Part shown: positions 26,214-36,210 of the stretch, one piece after another
How positions within the stretch are numbered: position 1 is the first letter of the stretch
Layout of the letters: each line of letters opens with the position of its first letter
NCBI GenBank assembly: GCA_963708405.1
Contig: CAVPSL010000002.1
Span: 426,959 to 490,958, forward strand
Length of the DNA: 64,000 nucleotides
Direction: 5' to 3'
From: an uncultured Actinomycetes bacterium
GTDB taxonomy: Bacteria; Actinomycetota; Thermoleophilia; Solirubrobacterales; 70-9
Made by a program: the position numbers and the translations under genes
The notes under the pieces: model-generated
Told to the model about the DNA's origin: nothing
Seen by the model: the letters and a program-made list of their open reading frames with translations, nothing else
Databases searched by the model: none

Positions 26214-27509
26214 ATGGAGAAGTTCGTCATTCAGGGCGGCGCGCCGCTCTCCGGAGAGCTGACCGTGGCCGGCAACAAGAACGCCGCGCTGCCGATCCTC
26301 GCTGCCTGCCTGCTGACCGAGGAGGAGCTGCTGCTACACCGGGTGCCGCGGATCCGCGACACCGAGGCCCAGATCGCTCTGCTGGAGCGGCTCGGGGTCG
26401 AGGCGAGCTGGGAGGCCGACAACAGCGTCCGCCTCTGCGCCCGCAACGTCGCCGATGCCGTCGTCGACGAGGAGCTCTCGGCCAAGATCCGCGCCTCCTT
26501 CCTCGTTGCCGGGCCGCTGCTGGCCCGCTTCGGTGAGGCAAAAATGCCGCCGCCGGGGGGTGATTTCATCGGCCGCCGCCGGCTCGACGCCCACCTCGAT
26601 GCCTTCAAGGACCTCGGCGCCCGTATCGACGGCGACCGCTGGATCGAGCTGACCGCGCCGACGGGGCTCTGCGCCTGCGAGATCTTCATGGACGAGCCCT
26701 CGGTGATGGGGACCGAGAACGCGCTGATGGCGGCGGCGCTGACGCCGGGGGTGACGACGATCGCCAACGCCGCTTGCGAGCCACACGTCCAGGACCTGGC
26801 GCGCCTGCTGGCGACGATGGGCGCTCGCGTCGAGGGCATCGGCTCCAACGTGATGAGGATCCACGGCCGCGACCGCCTCGGCGGCGCCGAGCACACGATC
26901 TCCGCCGACCACATCGAGGTCGGCAGCTTCATGGCCCTGGCGGCGGCGACCGGGGGAGAGGTCTGCATCCGCGACTGCGAGCCGGCCGACCTGCTGATGG
27001 TGCGGCGCCAGTTCCGCCGCCTCGGCCTGCGCTCGGAGATCGAGGGCGACGACGTTGTTGTGCCGCCGGGCCAGCATCTGCAGATCGAGAGCGACCTCGG
27101 CGACGCGATCCCGAAGATCGAGGACGGCCCCTGGCCCGCCTTCCCGGCCGACCTCACCTCGATCGCCCTGGCCCTCGCCACGCAGGCGCAGGGGGAGATC
27201 CTGATCTTCGAGAAGATGTTCGAGAACCGCCTCTTCTTCGTCGACAAGCTGGTCGCGATGGGCGCTCGGATCACGCTTTGCGATCCCCACCGGGCGATCG
27301 TCAGCGGTCCGAGCCGGCTTCATGGCGAGCGCGTCGAGAGTCCCGACATCCGCGCTGGGATGGCGATCCTCATCGCCGCCCTGGCGGCCGAGGGAACGTC
27401 CCACATCGGCAATATCCGCCAGATCGACCGCGGCTACGAGCAGATCGACGAGCGCCTGCGGGCGCTCGGTGCCCAGATTGAACGGGTCTCGGCCGAGGTC
27501 CCGGCTTAG
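26214..27509 (+). CDS. murA: UDP-N-acetylglucosamine 1-carboxyvinyltransferase
   Basis: MEKFVIQGGAPLSGELTVAGNKNAALPILAA... across full-length EPSP-synthase-fold repeats. The active-site loop PPGGDFIGRRRLD has Asp where E. coli has Cys115. Confidence 0.95.
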   Translation: MEKFVIQGGAPLSGELTVAGNKNAALPILAACLLTEEELLLHRVPRIRDTEAQIALLERLGVEASWEADNSVRLCARNVADAVVDEELSAKIRASFLVAGPLLARFGEAKMPPPGGDFIGRRRLDAHLDAFKDLGARIDGDRWIELTAPTGLCACEIFMDEPSVMGTENALMAAALTPGVTTIANAACEPHVQDLARLLATMGARVEGIGSNVMRIHGRDRLGGAEHTISADHIEVGSFMALAAATGGEVCIRDCEPADLLMVRRQFRRLGLRSEIEGDDVVVPPGQHLQIESDLGDAIPKIEDGPWPAFPADLTSIALALATQAQGEILIFEKMFENRLFFVDKLVAMGARITLCDPHRAIVSGPSRLHGERVESPDIRAGMAILIAALAAEGTSHIGNIRQIDRGYEQIDERLRALGAQIERVSAEVPA

Positions 27510-27531
27510 CAGGCTTTTTGCCGCTCTCTCG

Positions 27532-27537
27532 TAAGGT
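27532..27537 (+). promoter_or_regulatory. -10-like hexamer TAAGGT exactly 7 nt upstream of hisZ ATG 27545 (leaderless-type promoter candidate)
   Basis: TANNNT hexamer, a 7-nt gap and then ATG, with no SD. Confidence 0.4.
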
Positions 27538-27544
27538 CAAGCCG

Positions 27545-28537
27545 ATGATCCACCCGATTCCGCCCGGCACGCGCGACATCCTGCCCGAGGAGATGGGGGA
27601 GCTGCGGCGCCTGCACGCTTCCCTGCTGGACGTCTTCGAGCAGCGCGGCTACGGCGAGGTGGCGACGCCGGCGATGGAGTACGACGAGGTGCTGGCCCGC
27701 GGCGATGGCCGCACCGCCGACAGCGCCTACCGCTTCTTCGACGAGAGCGGCGAGCTGCTGGCGCTGCGCACCGACATGACGATCCCGATCGCCCGCCTGG
27801 TCGCGACCCGCTTCGCCGAGGCTGGGGAGCCGCTGCGCTTCTGTTACCTCGCCAACGCCTTTCGCGCTGTGCGGCCGCAGCGCGGCCAGATGCGCGAGTT
27901 CGCCCAGGCCGGTGTTGAGCTGATCGGCGTGCCAGCCCCGGCCGGGACCGCCGAGGTGGTCGAGGTGCTGGAGGCGGCCATCGACGCCGCCGGGCTTGAC
28001 CGCGCCGTGATCGGGCTCGGCGATTCCGACCTCTACCGCCAACTGCTGCTCGAGCTGGGCGTCGCCGAGGAGACGGCGGAAGGCATCCTCGGCCGCCTCG
28101 CCGCCCACGACCTGGTCGGCCTCGGGCTTTCGCTCGGCGAGATCGGCCTCTCCCCGGAGCAGGAACGGACCTGCCTGACGATCGCGCAGTTGCGCGGCGG
28201 CCCTGAGGTGCTGGAGCAGGCGCGCGAGCTGGGCGGCGAGGCCGTGGCCCGTGCCACCGCCCGCATCCAGGGCACCTACGACGAGCTGGCCGCCCGCGGC
28301 GCCGCCGACCGGGTCCAGATCGACCTCGGGCTCCTCCGCGACCTCGGCTACTACAGCGGCGCCATCCTCGAGGTCTACGACCCGGCGCTGGGCCACATCC
28401 TCGGTGGTGGCGGTCGCTACGACGATCTCTTGCGCCGTTTCGGCGTCGACAAGCCGGCAGCTGGCTTCGCCCTTTACCTGGAGCGCGTGCACGTCGCCCA
28501 GATGGAGGAGTCGCGGCGGGGCGGAGGTGCCGCATGA
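27545..28537 (+). CDS. hisZ: ATP phosphoribosyltransferase regulatory subunit
   Basis: HisRS-like catalytic core without an anticodon-binding domain (PPGTRDILPEE, YRFFDESGELLALRTDMT.PIAR, GGGRYDDL). The stop overlaps the hisG start (ATGA). Confidence 0.85.
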   Translation: MIHPIPPGTRDILPEEMGELRRLHASLLDVFEQRGYGEVATPAMEYDEVLARGDGRTADSAYRFFDESGELLALRTDMTIPIARLVATRFAEAGEPLRFCYLANAFRAVRPQRGQMREFAQAGVELIGVPAPAGTAEVVEVLEAAIDAAGLDRAVIGLGDSDLYRQLLLELGVAEETAEGILGRLAAHDLVGLGLSLGEIGLSPEQERTCLTIAQLRGGPEVLEQARELGGEAVARATARIQGTYDELAARGAADRVQIDLGLLRDLGYYSGAILEVYDPALGHILGGGGRYDDLLRRFGVDKPAAGFALYLERVHVAQMEESRRGGGAA

Positions 28538-29214
28538 GCGCCGGCGTCGCCGCCACCCACGGCGCCAAGCCGGACGGACCGCTGAAGCTGGCGGTGCCGC
28601 GCGGGGCCCTCTTCGGCGAGACGCTCGACGCTCTCGACGGCGCTGGGATCGACACCGCCGCCCTGCGCGGCGACTCGCGCTCGCTGATCTTCCCCGGCGA
28701 GGACATCACCCTGGTGACGATGCGCCCCTCCGACGTGCCCACCTACGTCGAGGCCGGCGCCGCCGACGTCGGCATCACCGGCAAGGACGTCCTGCTGGAG
28801 CAATCTGACCGCGTCGTCTACGAGCTGCTCGACCTTGGCTACGGCCGCTGCCGCATGGTTCTGGCCGGCCGCGTCGGCGACGAGAGCCTGGGCGAGTCGC
28901 AGCGGCGGCTGGGGATGATCCGGATCGCCACCAAGTACCCGCGGATCGCCGAGCGCTATTTCGAGGGCTCCGGGCGCCAGGTCGAGGCGATCGAGGTCAA
29001 GGGCTCGGTCGAGCTAGCGCCGCTGATCGGCCTCGCCGACGGCATCGTCGACCTCGTCGCCACCGGCCGCACGCTGGAAGAGAACGACCTCGAGGTGCGC
29101 GAGGAGATCGTCGTCTGCACCGCCCGCTTCGTCGCCAACCGGGTCGCCCACAAGCTGCGGGCGGCCGAGGTCGACGACCTCGTCGCCAGGCTGGGGAAGG
29201 CGACGGGGGGATGA
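28534..29214 (+). CDS. hisG: ATP phosphoribosyltransferase, short form
   Basis: 226 aa. LKLAVPRGALFGETL...DVPTYVEAGAADVGITGKDVLLE...VATKYP.IA..YF. It lacks the long-form C-terminal regulatory domain. Confidence 0.9.
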   Translation: MSAGVAATHGAKPDGPLKLAVPRGALFGETLDALDGAGIDTAALRGDSRSLIFPGEDITLVTMRPSDVPTYVEAGAADVGITGKDVLLEQSDRVVYELLDLGYGRCRMVLAGRVGDESLGESQRRLGMIRIATKYPRIAERYFEGSGRQVEAIEVKGSVELAPLIGLADGIVDLVATGRTLEENDLEVREEIVVCTARFVANRVAHKLRAAEVDDLVARLGKATGG

Positions 29215-30506
29215 GAAGGCGCCGCTTCGAGTGGGAGGGCGCCGGCCCGACCGCGGCGGCGATGCGCTCCTGGGCAGCCGGACTGGGCGCCGCGGTGGAT
29301 CTCAGCGAGATCGCCGGGCCGGTCCTCGGCCCGGGCGGTCCCGAGTACGAGGCCGGGCACCGCGCCGAGGAGGCCGTCGTGCTGGAGCTGACCAACCGCT
29401 TCGACGCGACCGAGCGGCCGCGGACCGCGCTCGCGGTCGATCCGGCCGAGGCGAGCGCGGCGCTGGCGGCGCTGGAGCCGGCCCTGCGCGAGGCGCTGGA
29501 GCTGGCCGCCGCCAACATCGAGACCGTCGCCGCCGCCCAGCTCGCTGAGCCACGAGCGGTGAAGCTGCCGCAGGGCCAGACCGTGGGGCTGCGCGAGGTG
29601 CCGGTCGGCGCCGCCGGCATCTACGCCCCCGGCGGTCGCGCCGCCTATCCGTCGAGCGTGCTGATGTGCGCGATCCCGGCCCGGGTCGCCGGCGTCGAGC
29701 GGATCGCCCTCGCCTCGCCGCCCGGCCCCGACGGGTCCCTGCAGCCGCTGGTACTGGCCGCCGCCGCGCTCTGTGCGGTGGACGAGATCTACGCGATGGG
29801 TGGCGCCCAGGCGATCTTCGCGCTTGCCTACGGGACCGAGTCGATCGAGCCGGTCGACGTCGTCGCTGGCCCCGGCAACGCCTGGGTCCGCGAGGCCAAG
29901 CGGGCGGTCTACGGCCGCGTCGGCATCGACTCCCTGGCCGGACCCTCAGAGCTGATGGTGATCGCCGGCCACGACGTCGACGCCCAGTGGGCCGCGCTCG
30001 ACCTTTGCGCCCAGGCCGAGCACGGTCCCGACAGCCCGGTCGTCGTCGCCGCGGTCGAGGAGCACGTGCTGGAGGCGATCGAGGCGGCGACGGCAGCCGC
30101 GGCGGCGGCGCGCGAGAGCGTCACCGACGCCCCCTTCGCCCTCGTCCAGGTGCCCGACCTCAGCGACGCGATCGAGCTCGCCAACGCCTACGCCCCCGAG
30201 CACCTGGAGCTGCTCGAGGAGGACGCGGCGCTGCTCGCCAACCGCGTCCGCACCGCCGGCTGCGTCTTCGTCGGCCGCTACGGCGCCACTGCCTTCGGCG
30301 ACTACGTCGCCGGCTCCAACCACGTGCTGCCGACCGGCGGCGCCGGTCGTTTCACCGGCCCGCTCGGGCCCGGGGCCTTCCGCCGTCGTATCTCCACGGT
30401 CGAGGTGACGGCTGAGGCCGCGGCGGCGCTGGCCCCGCAACTCGACGCCCTCGCCCGGGCCGAGGGGCTGCCCGTCCACGGCGAGTCGGGGATGATTAGG
30501 CGATGA
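29211..30506 (+). CDS. hisD: Histidinol dehydrogenase
   Basis: 431 aa. Contains [22 protein letters not shown] and [15 protein letters not shown] signatures. Confidence 0.95.
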   Translation: MRRRRFEWEGAGPTAAAMRSWAAGLGAAVDLSEIAGPVLGPGGPEYEAGHRAEEAVVLELTNRFDATERPRTALAVDPAEASAALAALEPALREALELAAANIETVAAAQLAEPRAVKLPQGQTVGLREVPVGAAGIYAPGGRAAYPSSVLMCAIPARVAGVERIALASPPGPDGSLQPLVLAAAALCAVDEIYAMGGAQAIFALAYGTESIEPVDVVAGPGNAWVREAKRAVYGRVGIDSLAGPSELMVIAGHDVDAQWAALDLCAQAEHGPDSPVVVAAVEEHVLEAIEAATAAAAAARESVTDAPFALVQVPDLSDAIELANAYAPEHLELLEEDAALLANRVRTAGCVFVGRYGATAFGDYVAGSNHVLPTGGAGRFTGPLGPGAFRRRISTVEVTAEAAAALAPQLDALARAEGLPVHGESGMIRR

Positions 30507-31096
30507 GCGACAGAACCGCCAGCCGCGCGCGCGACACGGCCGAGACCCAGATCAAGCTTTCCCTCGATCTCGACGGGGGTGAGTCGAGCGCCGCCACCGG
30601 CGTTGGCTTCCTCGACCACATGCTCGACCTGCTCGCCCGCCACGGCCGCCTCGGTCTCAAGGTCGAGGCCAGCGGCGACCTCGAGACCGGCGCTCACCAC
30701 ACGGTTGAGGACGTCGGCATCGTCCTTGGACAGGCGCTCGACGAGGCGCTGGGCGACCGCGCCGGTATTCGCCGTTACGGCGCCGCCGTGGTGCCGATGG
30801 ACGAGTCCCTGGCCGAGTGTGCGATCGACATCTCCGGTCGCCCCTTCTGCCACTTCGACGCCGACCTGCCGGCGACCTCGATCGCCGGCTTCGACACCGA
30901 GCTGGCCGAGGAGTTCTTCCGCGCCGTCGCCAACAGCGCCAAGCTGACCCTGCACGTGACCGTGCCCTACGGCACCAACGCCCACCACATAATCGAGGCC
31001 TGCTTCAAGGCCTTCGCCCGTGCCCTCCGGGTCGCCGTCTCGATCGACCCCGAGGAGAGCGGCGTGCCTTCGACCAAGGGGACCCTGTCTTCATGA
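30503..31096 (+). CDS. hisB: Imidazoleglycerol-phosphate dehydratase
   Basis: 197 aa. Contains [37 protein letters not shown] and [18 protein letters not shown]. Confidence 0.95.
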   Translation: MSDRTASRARDTAETQIKLSLDLDGGESSAATGVGFLDHMLDLLARHGRLGLKVEASGDLETGAHHTVEDVGIVLGQALDEALGDRAGIRRYGAAVVPMDESLAECAIDISGRPFCHFDADLPATSIAGFDTELAEEFFRAVANSAKLTLHVTVPYGTNAHHIIEACFKAFARALRVAVSIDPEESGVPSTKGTLSS

Positions 31097-31719
31097 GCGC
31101 GCGGATCGCGATCCTCGACTACGGCATGGGCAACCTGCGCTCGGTCGAGAAGGCGCTCGAGCACGTCGGCGCCACGGCGACGGTCAGCTACGACCCGGCA
31201 ACGGTGCGCGACGCCGACGGCGTTGTCCTGCCCGGGGTCGGTGCTTTCCCGCGGGCGATGGAGCAGATCCGCGAGCGCGGCCTCGATGAGCTCATCGCCG
31301 AGCGCCACGCCGCCGGCGTGCCGATCCTCGGCATCTGCCTCGGTCTGCAACTGCTGTTCGACTCCAGCGTCGAGCTCGGTGGGGCGGAGGGGCTCGGACT
31401 GCTCGCCGGACCGGTCGGCGCGCTCGCGGCCGATGGCCTCAAGATCCCGCACATCGGTTGGGCGCCGGTGCGCTGGGAGAAGGAGTCGCGCCTGGCCGAG
31501 GGGATCGACTCGGAGACGCCCTTCTACTTCGTCCATTCCTTCGCGCCGCGGCCGCAGGCGGCCGAGCTCCTCGGCAGCGCCGAGTACGGCTCCCGCTTCG
31601 CCTGTGCGGCCGAGCGCGGCAATGTCTTCGGCGTCCAGTTCCACCCCGAGAAGTCGAGCGCCGCCGGCCTGCGCCTGCTCGCCAACTTCGCCGGGGTCTG
31701 CGCCTCGGTCCCGGCCTAG
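31093..31719 (+). CDS. hisH: Imidazole glycerol phosphate synthase, glutamine amidotransferase subunit
   Basis: [23 protein letters not shown]...LPGVGAF...[10 protein letters not shown]...[10 protein letters not shown]. The ATGA overlaps the hisB stop. Confidence 0.95.
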   Translation: MSARIAILDYGMGNLRSVEKALEHVGATATVSYDPATVRDADGVVLPGVGAFPRAMEQIRERGLDELIAERHAAGVPILGICLGLQLLFDSSVELGGAEGLGLLAGPVGALAADGLKIPHIGWAPVRWEKESRLAEGIDSETPFYFVHSFAPRPQAAELLGSAEYGSRFACAAERGNVFGVQFHPEKSSAAGLRLLANFAGVCASVPA

Positions 31720-31730
31720 CTCCGCACCCC

Positions 31731-32459
31731 GTGGTCCTCTATCCGGCGATCGACATCCGTGGCGGCCAGGCCGTCCGTCTGCTGCAGGGTGACTACGAGC
31801 GCGAGACGACCTACGACGCCGACCCCGTCGACGCCGCCGCCCGCTGGGCCGGTGAAGGCGCCGAGTTCCTCCACGTCGTCGACCTCGACGGGGCCAAGGC
31901 AGGGGAGCCGCGGAACCTGGAGCAGGTGCAGCGCATCGCCGCCGCCGTCGAGTGCCCGATCCAGGTCGGCGGTGGCCTCCGCGACCTCGCCGCGATCGAC
32001 GCCGTGCTCGAGGCCGGGGCGGAGCGGGTCGTGATCGGCACCGCCGCCCTGCGCGACCCGGAGCTGCTGGCGAACGCGTTGGAGCGCCACGACGAACGCG
32101 TCGTCGTCTCCGTCGATGCCCGCGACGGCAAGGTCGCCCTCGCTGGCTGGCTGGAGACCAGCGACCGCGACGTCGCTGACGCTGTCGCCGAGCTGGCCCA
32201 GCGCGGCGTTTCCCGCTTCCTCTGCACCGCGATCGAGGTCGACGGCACGATGGAGGGCCCGGCCCTGACCGAGCTGGCCCGCATCGCCGCCGCCACCGAG
32301 GCCAAGGTGATCGCCTCCGGCGGCGTCGGTGAGCTCTCGCACCTGCGGGCCCTGGCGGCGGAGGGGTCCTCCTACCTCAATCTCGAGGGCGCGATTGTCG
32401 GCCGCGCCCTCTACGAGCGTAAGTTCACGGTCGCCGAGGCGATCGTCGCCCTAACCTGA
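31731..32459 (+). CDS. hisA: ProFAR isomerase (HisA; possibly bifunctional PriA-type)
   Basis: [22 protein letters not shown]...LHVVDLDGA......VQVGGGLR...ASGGVG. GTG start chosen at 31731. Confidence 0.88.
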   Translation: MVLYPAIDIRGGQAVRLLQGDYERETTYDADPVDAAARWAGEGAEFLHVVDLDGAKAGEPRNLEQVQRIAAAVECPIQVGGGLRDLAAIDAVLEAGAERVVIGTAALRDPELLANALERHDERVVVSVDARDGKVALAGWLETSDRDVADAVAELAQRGVSRFLCTAIEVDGTMEGPALTELARIAAATEAKVIASGGVGELSHLRALAAEGSSYLNLEGAIVGRALYERKFTVAEAIVALT

Positions 32460-32463
32460 GGGC

Positions 32464-33273
32464 ATGGCACTGAAGCGCGTCATCCCCTGCCTCGATGTCG
32501 ATGCCGGCCGCGTCGTCAAGGGCACCAACTTCGTCGGCCTGCGCGACGCCGGCGATCCGGTCGAGCTGGCCGAGCGCTACGACGCCGAGGGCGCCGACGA
32601 GCTGGTCTTCCTCGACATCACCGCCTCGCACGAGAAGCGCGAGACGATCGTCGAGCTGGCCCGGCGCACCGCCGACAACGTCTTCATCCCCTTCACGATC
32701 GGCGGTGGCATCCGCTCGGTGGAGGACGCCCAGGCGGTGCTCGACGCCGGCGCCGACAAGGTCTCGGTCAACTCGGCGGCGCTGGCCCGGCCCGAGCTGC
32801 TGACCGAGCTGGCCGACCAGTTCGGCGCCCAGTGCGTGGTGATCGCGATCGACGCCAAGCGCGAGGGCGAGCCGCCGACCGCCTCGCCGACCTGCGCGGC
32901 ACCGCCCGGTTGGTACGACGGCGGCTGGGGCGTCTACGTCAACGGCGGCCGCAAGCGGGTCGAGGGGCTCGACGCCGTCTCCTGGGCGCGCGAGGCGGTC
33001 GAGCGCGGCGCCGGGGAGGTGCTGCTGACCAGCATGGACCGCGACGGCACCAACGACGGCTACGACATCGAGCTGACCCGCGCCGTCGCCGACGCGGTGC
33101 CGGTGCCGGTGATCGCCTCCGGCGGCGCCGGCGAGCTCGAGCACCTGAGCGAGGCGGTCCGCGCCGGTGGCGCCGATGCCGTCCTCTGCGCCTCGATCTT
33201 CCACTACGGGCACTTCCGGGTCCGCGACGCCAAGCAGCGGCTCGCCGCCGACGGCGTACCCGTCCGGCTCTGA
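32464..33273 (+). CDS. hisF: Imidazole glycerol phosphate synthase, cyclase subunit
   Basis: [34 protein letters not shown]...[13 protein letters not shown]...[10 protein letters not shown]...[13 protein letters not shown]...IASGGAG. Confidence 0.95.
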   Translation: MALKRVIPCLDVDAGRVVKGTNFVGLRDAGDPVELAERYDAEGADELVFLDITASHEKRETIVELARRTADNVFIPFTIGGGIRSVEDAQAVLDAGADKVSVNSAALARPELLTELADQFGAQCVVIAIDAKREGEPPTASPTCAAPPGWYDGGWGVYVNGGRKRVEGLDAVSWAREAVERGAGEVLLTSMDRDGTNDGYDIELTRAVADAVPVPVIASGGAGELEHLSEAVRAGGADAVLCASIFHYGHFRVRDAKQRLAADGVPVRL

Positions 33274-33280
33274 GCCGGCC

Positions 33281-34279
33281 CTAGGCCCCTATTTCGCCCG
33301 TCTGGCCTTCGCCCGTTTCCAGGTCTTCGGCCATGCCGGAGACGCCGCTGGAGCCGAGGATCTCGAAGCGGGCCAGTTCGTAGGGTTTGTCGCGGCTGGC
33401 GTAGCCGGGGATCTCGGTGGTGGCGCCGGTGTAGCCGGCGGCTTCGACGGCGGCGATCACAGTCGAGTTGAACTGCCCCGCCGGGTAGCAGAAGTTGTTC
33501 ACCGGGACGCCGTATTCGCGCTGCAGGAGCTTGCGCGACCCGGCCACTTCTTCCTGGAGCTGTTCGGGGCCGAGTTCGGTCAGGTCGAGGTGGTGGATCG
33601 TGTGCGCGGCCAGCTCCCAGCCGGCGGCGATCATCGCCTTGACGTTGCTTTCGTAGAGGTCCGAGCCTTCCGCCTTGAGATTGAGGACGCCGGCCCAGCC
33701 GTGCTTGCGCAGCTCTGGCAGGGCGTAGGTGTACTGCGGCCGGTAGCCGTCGTCGAAGCTGAGGACGACCGGCTTGGCCGGCAGGGTGCCGCCGTGGTAC
33801 CAGGCGTCTTGCACCTGTTCGAGCGTCACCGCCTGGTAGCCGTGTTCTTCGAGCCAGTCCATCTGCTTGTGGAAGTCGGGCCGGGTCACGTACAGCTCCG
33901 GGTAGGGCGCGTCTTCGGGCGCCGGGCCGAGCACGTGGTACTCGAGGATCGGCACCGGTCCGGTGTAGGGGCGCCAGTCAGGCTGCGGGGTGGCGTTGCG
34001 GACCTTGCCGCTCTGCCCGGCCGGTTCGGAGCCCTTGGCGGATTCCTTGCTCCTGTTCGCGCTGCCGTTCCCCGTCGAGGCAGAGGCATTGCTCTTGCCA
34101 CCACCGGAACCGGAGGCGATCACGACCACGGCGACAACGGCGATAACCGCGAGGGCGAGGACGGCGGCGACCAGCCGCCGTCGTCGTGCCAGGCGCTGTC
34201 GCTGCTCCTCGCGACGCGCGATCAAACGCTCCCTCCGGGCGTCCGGCCCATCGGGCCCATCTGTCTGCCGGCTCGCCAT
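33281..34279 (-). CDS. Polysaccharide deacetylase (NodB homology) family protein with N-terminal TM segment
   Basis: An Arg-rich N-terminus and TM helix (VAAVLALAVIAVVAVVVI) precede VVLSFDDGYRPQYTYALPELRKHGWAGV...AHTIHHLDL...FCYPAGQ. Confidence 0.85.
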   Translation of the reverse strand: MASRQTDGPDGPDARRERLIARREEQRQRLARRRRLVAAVLALAVIAVVAVVVIASGSGGGKSNASASTGNGSANRSKESAKGSEPAGQSGKVRNATPQPDWRPYTGPVPILEYHVLGPAPEDAPYPELYVTRPDFHKQMDWLEEHGYQAVTLEQVQDAWYHGGTLPAKPVVLSFDDGYRPQYTYALPELRKHGWAGVLNLKAEGSDLYESNVKAMIAAGWELAAHTIHHLDLTELGPEQLQEEVAGSRKLLQREYGVPVNNFCYPAGQFNSTVIAAVEAAGYTGATTEIPGYASRDKPYELARFEILGSSGVSGMAEDLETGEGQTGEIGA

Positions 34280-34312
34280 CCGCGCAGCGAGTCATGGTAG
34301 GGAAGGAGAGCG

Positions 34313-35434
34313 ATGCCGAGCCCCGGAGAGCAGAGCGAGAGCCTCGGCGCGGCGCTGGACCGGGCTTATCCGGAGCTGGCGAGGATCCGGGGCGCCGCGG
34401 AGGCGCCGGTGTACCTGGTCGGCGGCGCCGTCCGCGATCTGCTGTTGGGCCGCCCGCGCGGCGACGTCGACGTCGTCGTCGAGGGCGACGCCGCGGCGCT
34501 GGCCGCCCGACTCGGCGCCGAGCCGATTTCCCACGATCGCTTCGGTACCGCCAAGGTTGTCCTCGATGGCCACGAGGTGGACGTGGCGGCCGCCCGCCGT
34601 GAGTCCTATCCGGAGCCGGGAGCGTTGCCACTGGTGACGCCGGGCGCCTCGATCCAACAGGACCTGGGTCGTCGCGACTTCACGATCAACGCGATGGCAG
34701 TGCCGTTGCAGGGCGAGGCGGAGCTGATCGACCCCCACGGCGGCCGCGCTGACCTCGAAGCCGGATTGCTCCGCGTCCTCCATCCGGCCTCCTTCACCGA
34801 TGACCCGACCCGGGCCCTGCGCGCCGCCCGCTACGCGGCCCGCTTCGGCTTCGCGCTGGAGCCCGAGACCGAGCGCCTGCTGCGGGCGACCGACCTCGGC
34901 ACCGTCTCCGCCGACCGGCGCCGGGCCGAGCTGCTGCGCCTGGCCGGGGAAGCGACGGCGCCGCAAGGGTTCACTCTCCTGGCCGAGTGGGGACTGGTGC
35001 CGCTGTACGACGACGGCGGCGAGCTGGCCGAGCGGGTGGGGGAGTTGCTGGACAGCGAGCCTTGGCGCGGCTTCGCACCCCGGGACGCTTGCGTCCTGGC
35101 CGCGGTCTCCCCGGACAGCCCCGGCGCCGCAGTCGCCGAGCTTGCCGCCGCAGAGCCGCAGCGCCCCTCAAAGGCCGTCGACCTGGCCCGCGGTCACAGC
35201 CCACTCGAACTGGTCCTCGCCCGCGCCCTTGGCGCCGAGTGGCTCGACCGCTGGCTGGCCGAGTGGTCGCGGGTCAAACTGGAGATCGGCGGCGAGGACC
35301 TGATTGCCGCCGGTGTCCCCCAGGGCCTGGCGCTAGGCCGCGGCCTCGAAGCCGCCCTGGCGGCCAAGCTCGACGGCGAGGTCTCGGGCCGGGCTGAGGA
35401 GCTCGCCGCCGCCCTCGCCGCCGCCCGCGATTAA
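34313..35434 (+). CDS. CCA tRNA nucleotidyltransferase / poly(A) polymerase-family (class II NTase head domain) protein
   Basis: VYLVGGAVRDLLLGRPRGDVDVVVEG...RRESYPEPGALP...DLGRRDFTINAMAV...GLLRVLHP.SF.DDPTR.LRA.RYA.RFGF. Confidence 0.8.
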   Translation: MPSPGEQSESLGAALDRAYPELARIRGAAEAPVYLVGGAVRDLLLGRPRGDVDVVVEGDAAALAARLGAEPISHDRFGTAKVVLDGHEVDVAAARRESYPEPGALPLVTPGASIQQDLGRRDFTINAMAVPLQGEAELIDPHGGRADLEAGLLRVLHPASFTDDPTRALRAARYAARFGFALEPETERLLRATDLGTVSADRRRAELLRLAGEATAPQGFTLLAEWGLVPLYDDGGELAERVGELLDSEPWRGFAPRDACVLAAVSPDSPGAAVAELAAAEPQRPSKAVDLARGHSPLELVLARALGAEWLDRWLAEWSRVKLEIGGEDLIAAGVPQGLALGRGLEAALAAKLDGEVSGRAEELAAALAAARD

Positions 35435-35445
35435 CCTCGCCCCGC

Positions 35446-36210
35446 ATGGACTGGCAGGAGCGAGATGGCGTGCGCTGGCTGGAGGCAGACCTCGGCGGAG
35501 CCCGGGTTGCCTTCACGACCCGGCTCGGCGGCGTTAGCGAGGCGCCGTACAACAGCCTCAACCTCGGCCTGCTCACCGACGACGACCCGATAGCAGTCGC
35601 GACTAACCGCGCCCGTCTTGTCGCAGCCCTCGGCCGCCGGCCCGAGCGCATCGGTTTCGCCCGCCAGGTTCACGGCGCCGAGCTGGAAACTCACGCCGGC
35701 CTCCCGCTGCGCTGTTCCTTTTCCCCGCAGGGCACCGCAAAGGAACTGCGGAGCGGGGAGCTTCCCGAGGCGGACGGGCATGTCGTCACCGGGCCGGGAA
35801 TCGCGGCGCTGGTCCTCATCGCCGACTGTCTGCCGGTGGCGCTCTACGGACCGGGCGGGGTGGCGATGCTGCACTGCGGCTGGCGCGGCCTGGCGGCAGG
35901 AATCGTCGCCGCCGGAGCCGAGGTGGTCGGCGCCACCACGGCGGCGATCGGGCCCGGCATCGGCCCCTGCTGCTACGAGGTCGGCGACGAGGTGCTGGAA
36001 CCCTTCGCCGAGCTGGGGGAGGGGGTTGCCGCCGGGCGCATGCTCGACCTGCCCGAGGTGGCGCGCCGCCTGCTTGCCGCGGCCGGGGTCGAGCGGGTCG
36101 AGTCGGCCGGCCTCTGCACCAGCTGTGAGTCGGAGCTGTTCTTCTCCCACCGCCGCGACCACGGCCGCAGCGGCCGCCAGGCCGCCATCGCCTGGCTCAA
36201 GGACGCCTGA
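35446..36210 (+). CDS. pgeF: Peptidoglycan editing factor PgeF / YfiH (DUF152 laccase-domain) protein
   Basis: AFTTRLGGVS..PYNSLNLG......RQVHG......DG......L.ADC.PV......HCGWRG...GI....CCYEVG. TAACCT lies 8 nt upstream of the ATG. Confidence 0.85.
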   Translation: MDWQERDGVRWLEADLGGARVAFTTRLGGVSEAPYNSLNLGLLTDDDPIAVATNRARLVAALGRRPERIGFARQVHGAELETHAGLPLRCSFSPQGTAKELRSGELPEADGHVVTGPGIAALVLIADCLPVALYGPGGVAMLHCGWRGLAAGIVAAGAEVVGATTAAIGPGIGPCCYEVGDEVLEPFAELGEGVAAGRMLDLPEVARRLLAAAGVERVESAGLCTSCESELFFSHRRDHGRSGRQAAIAWLKDA

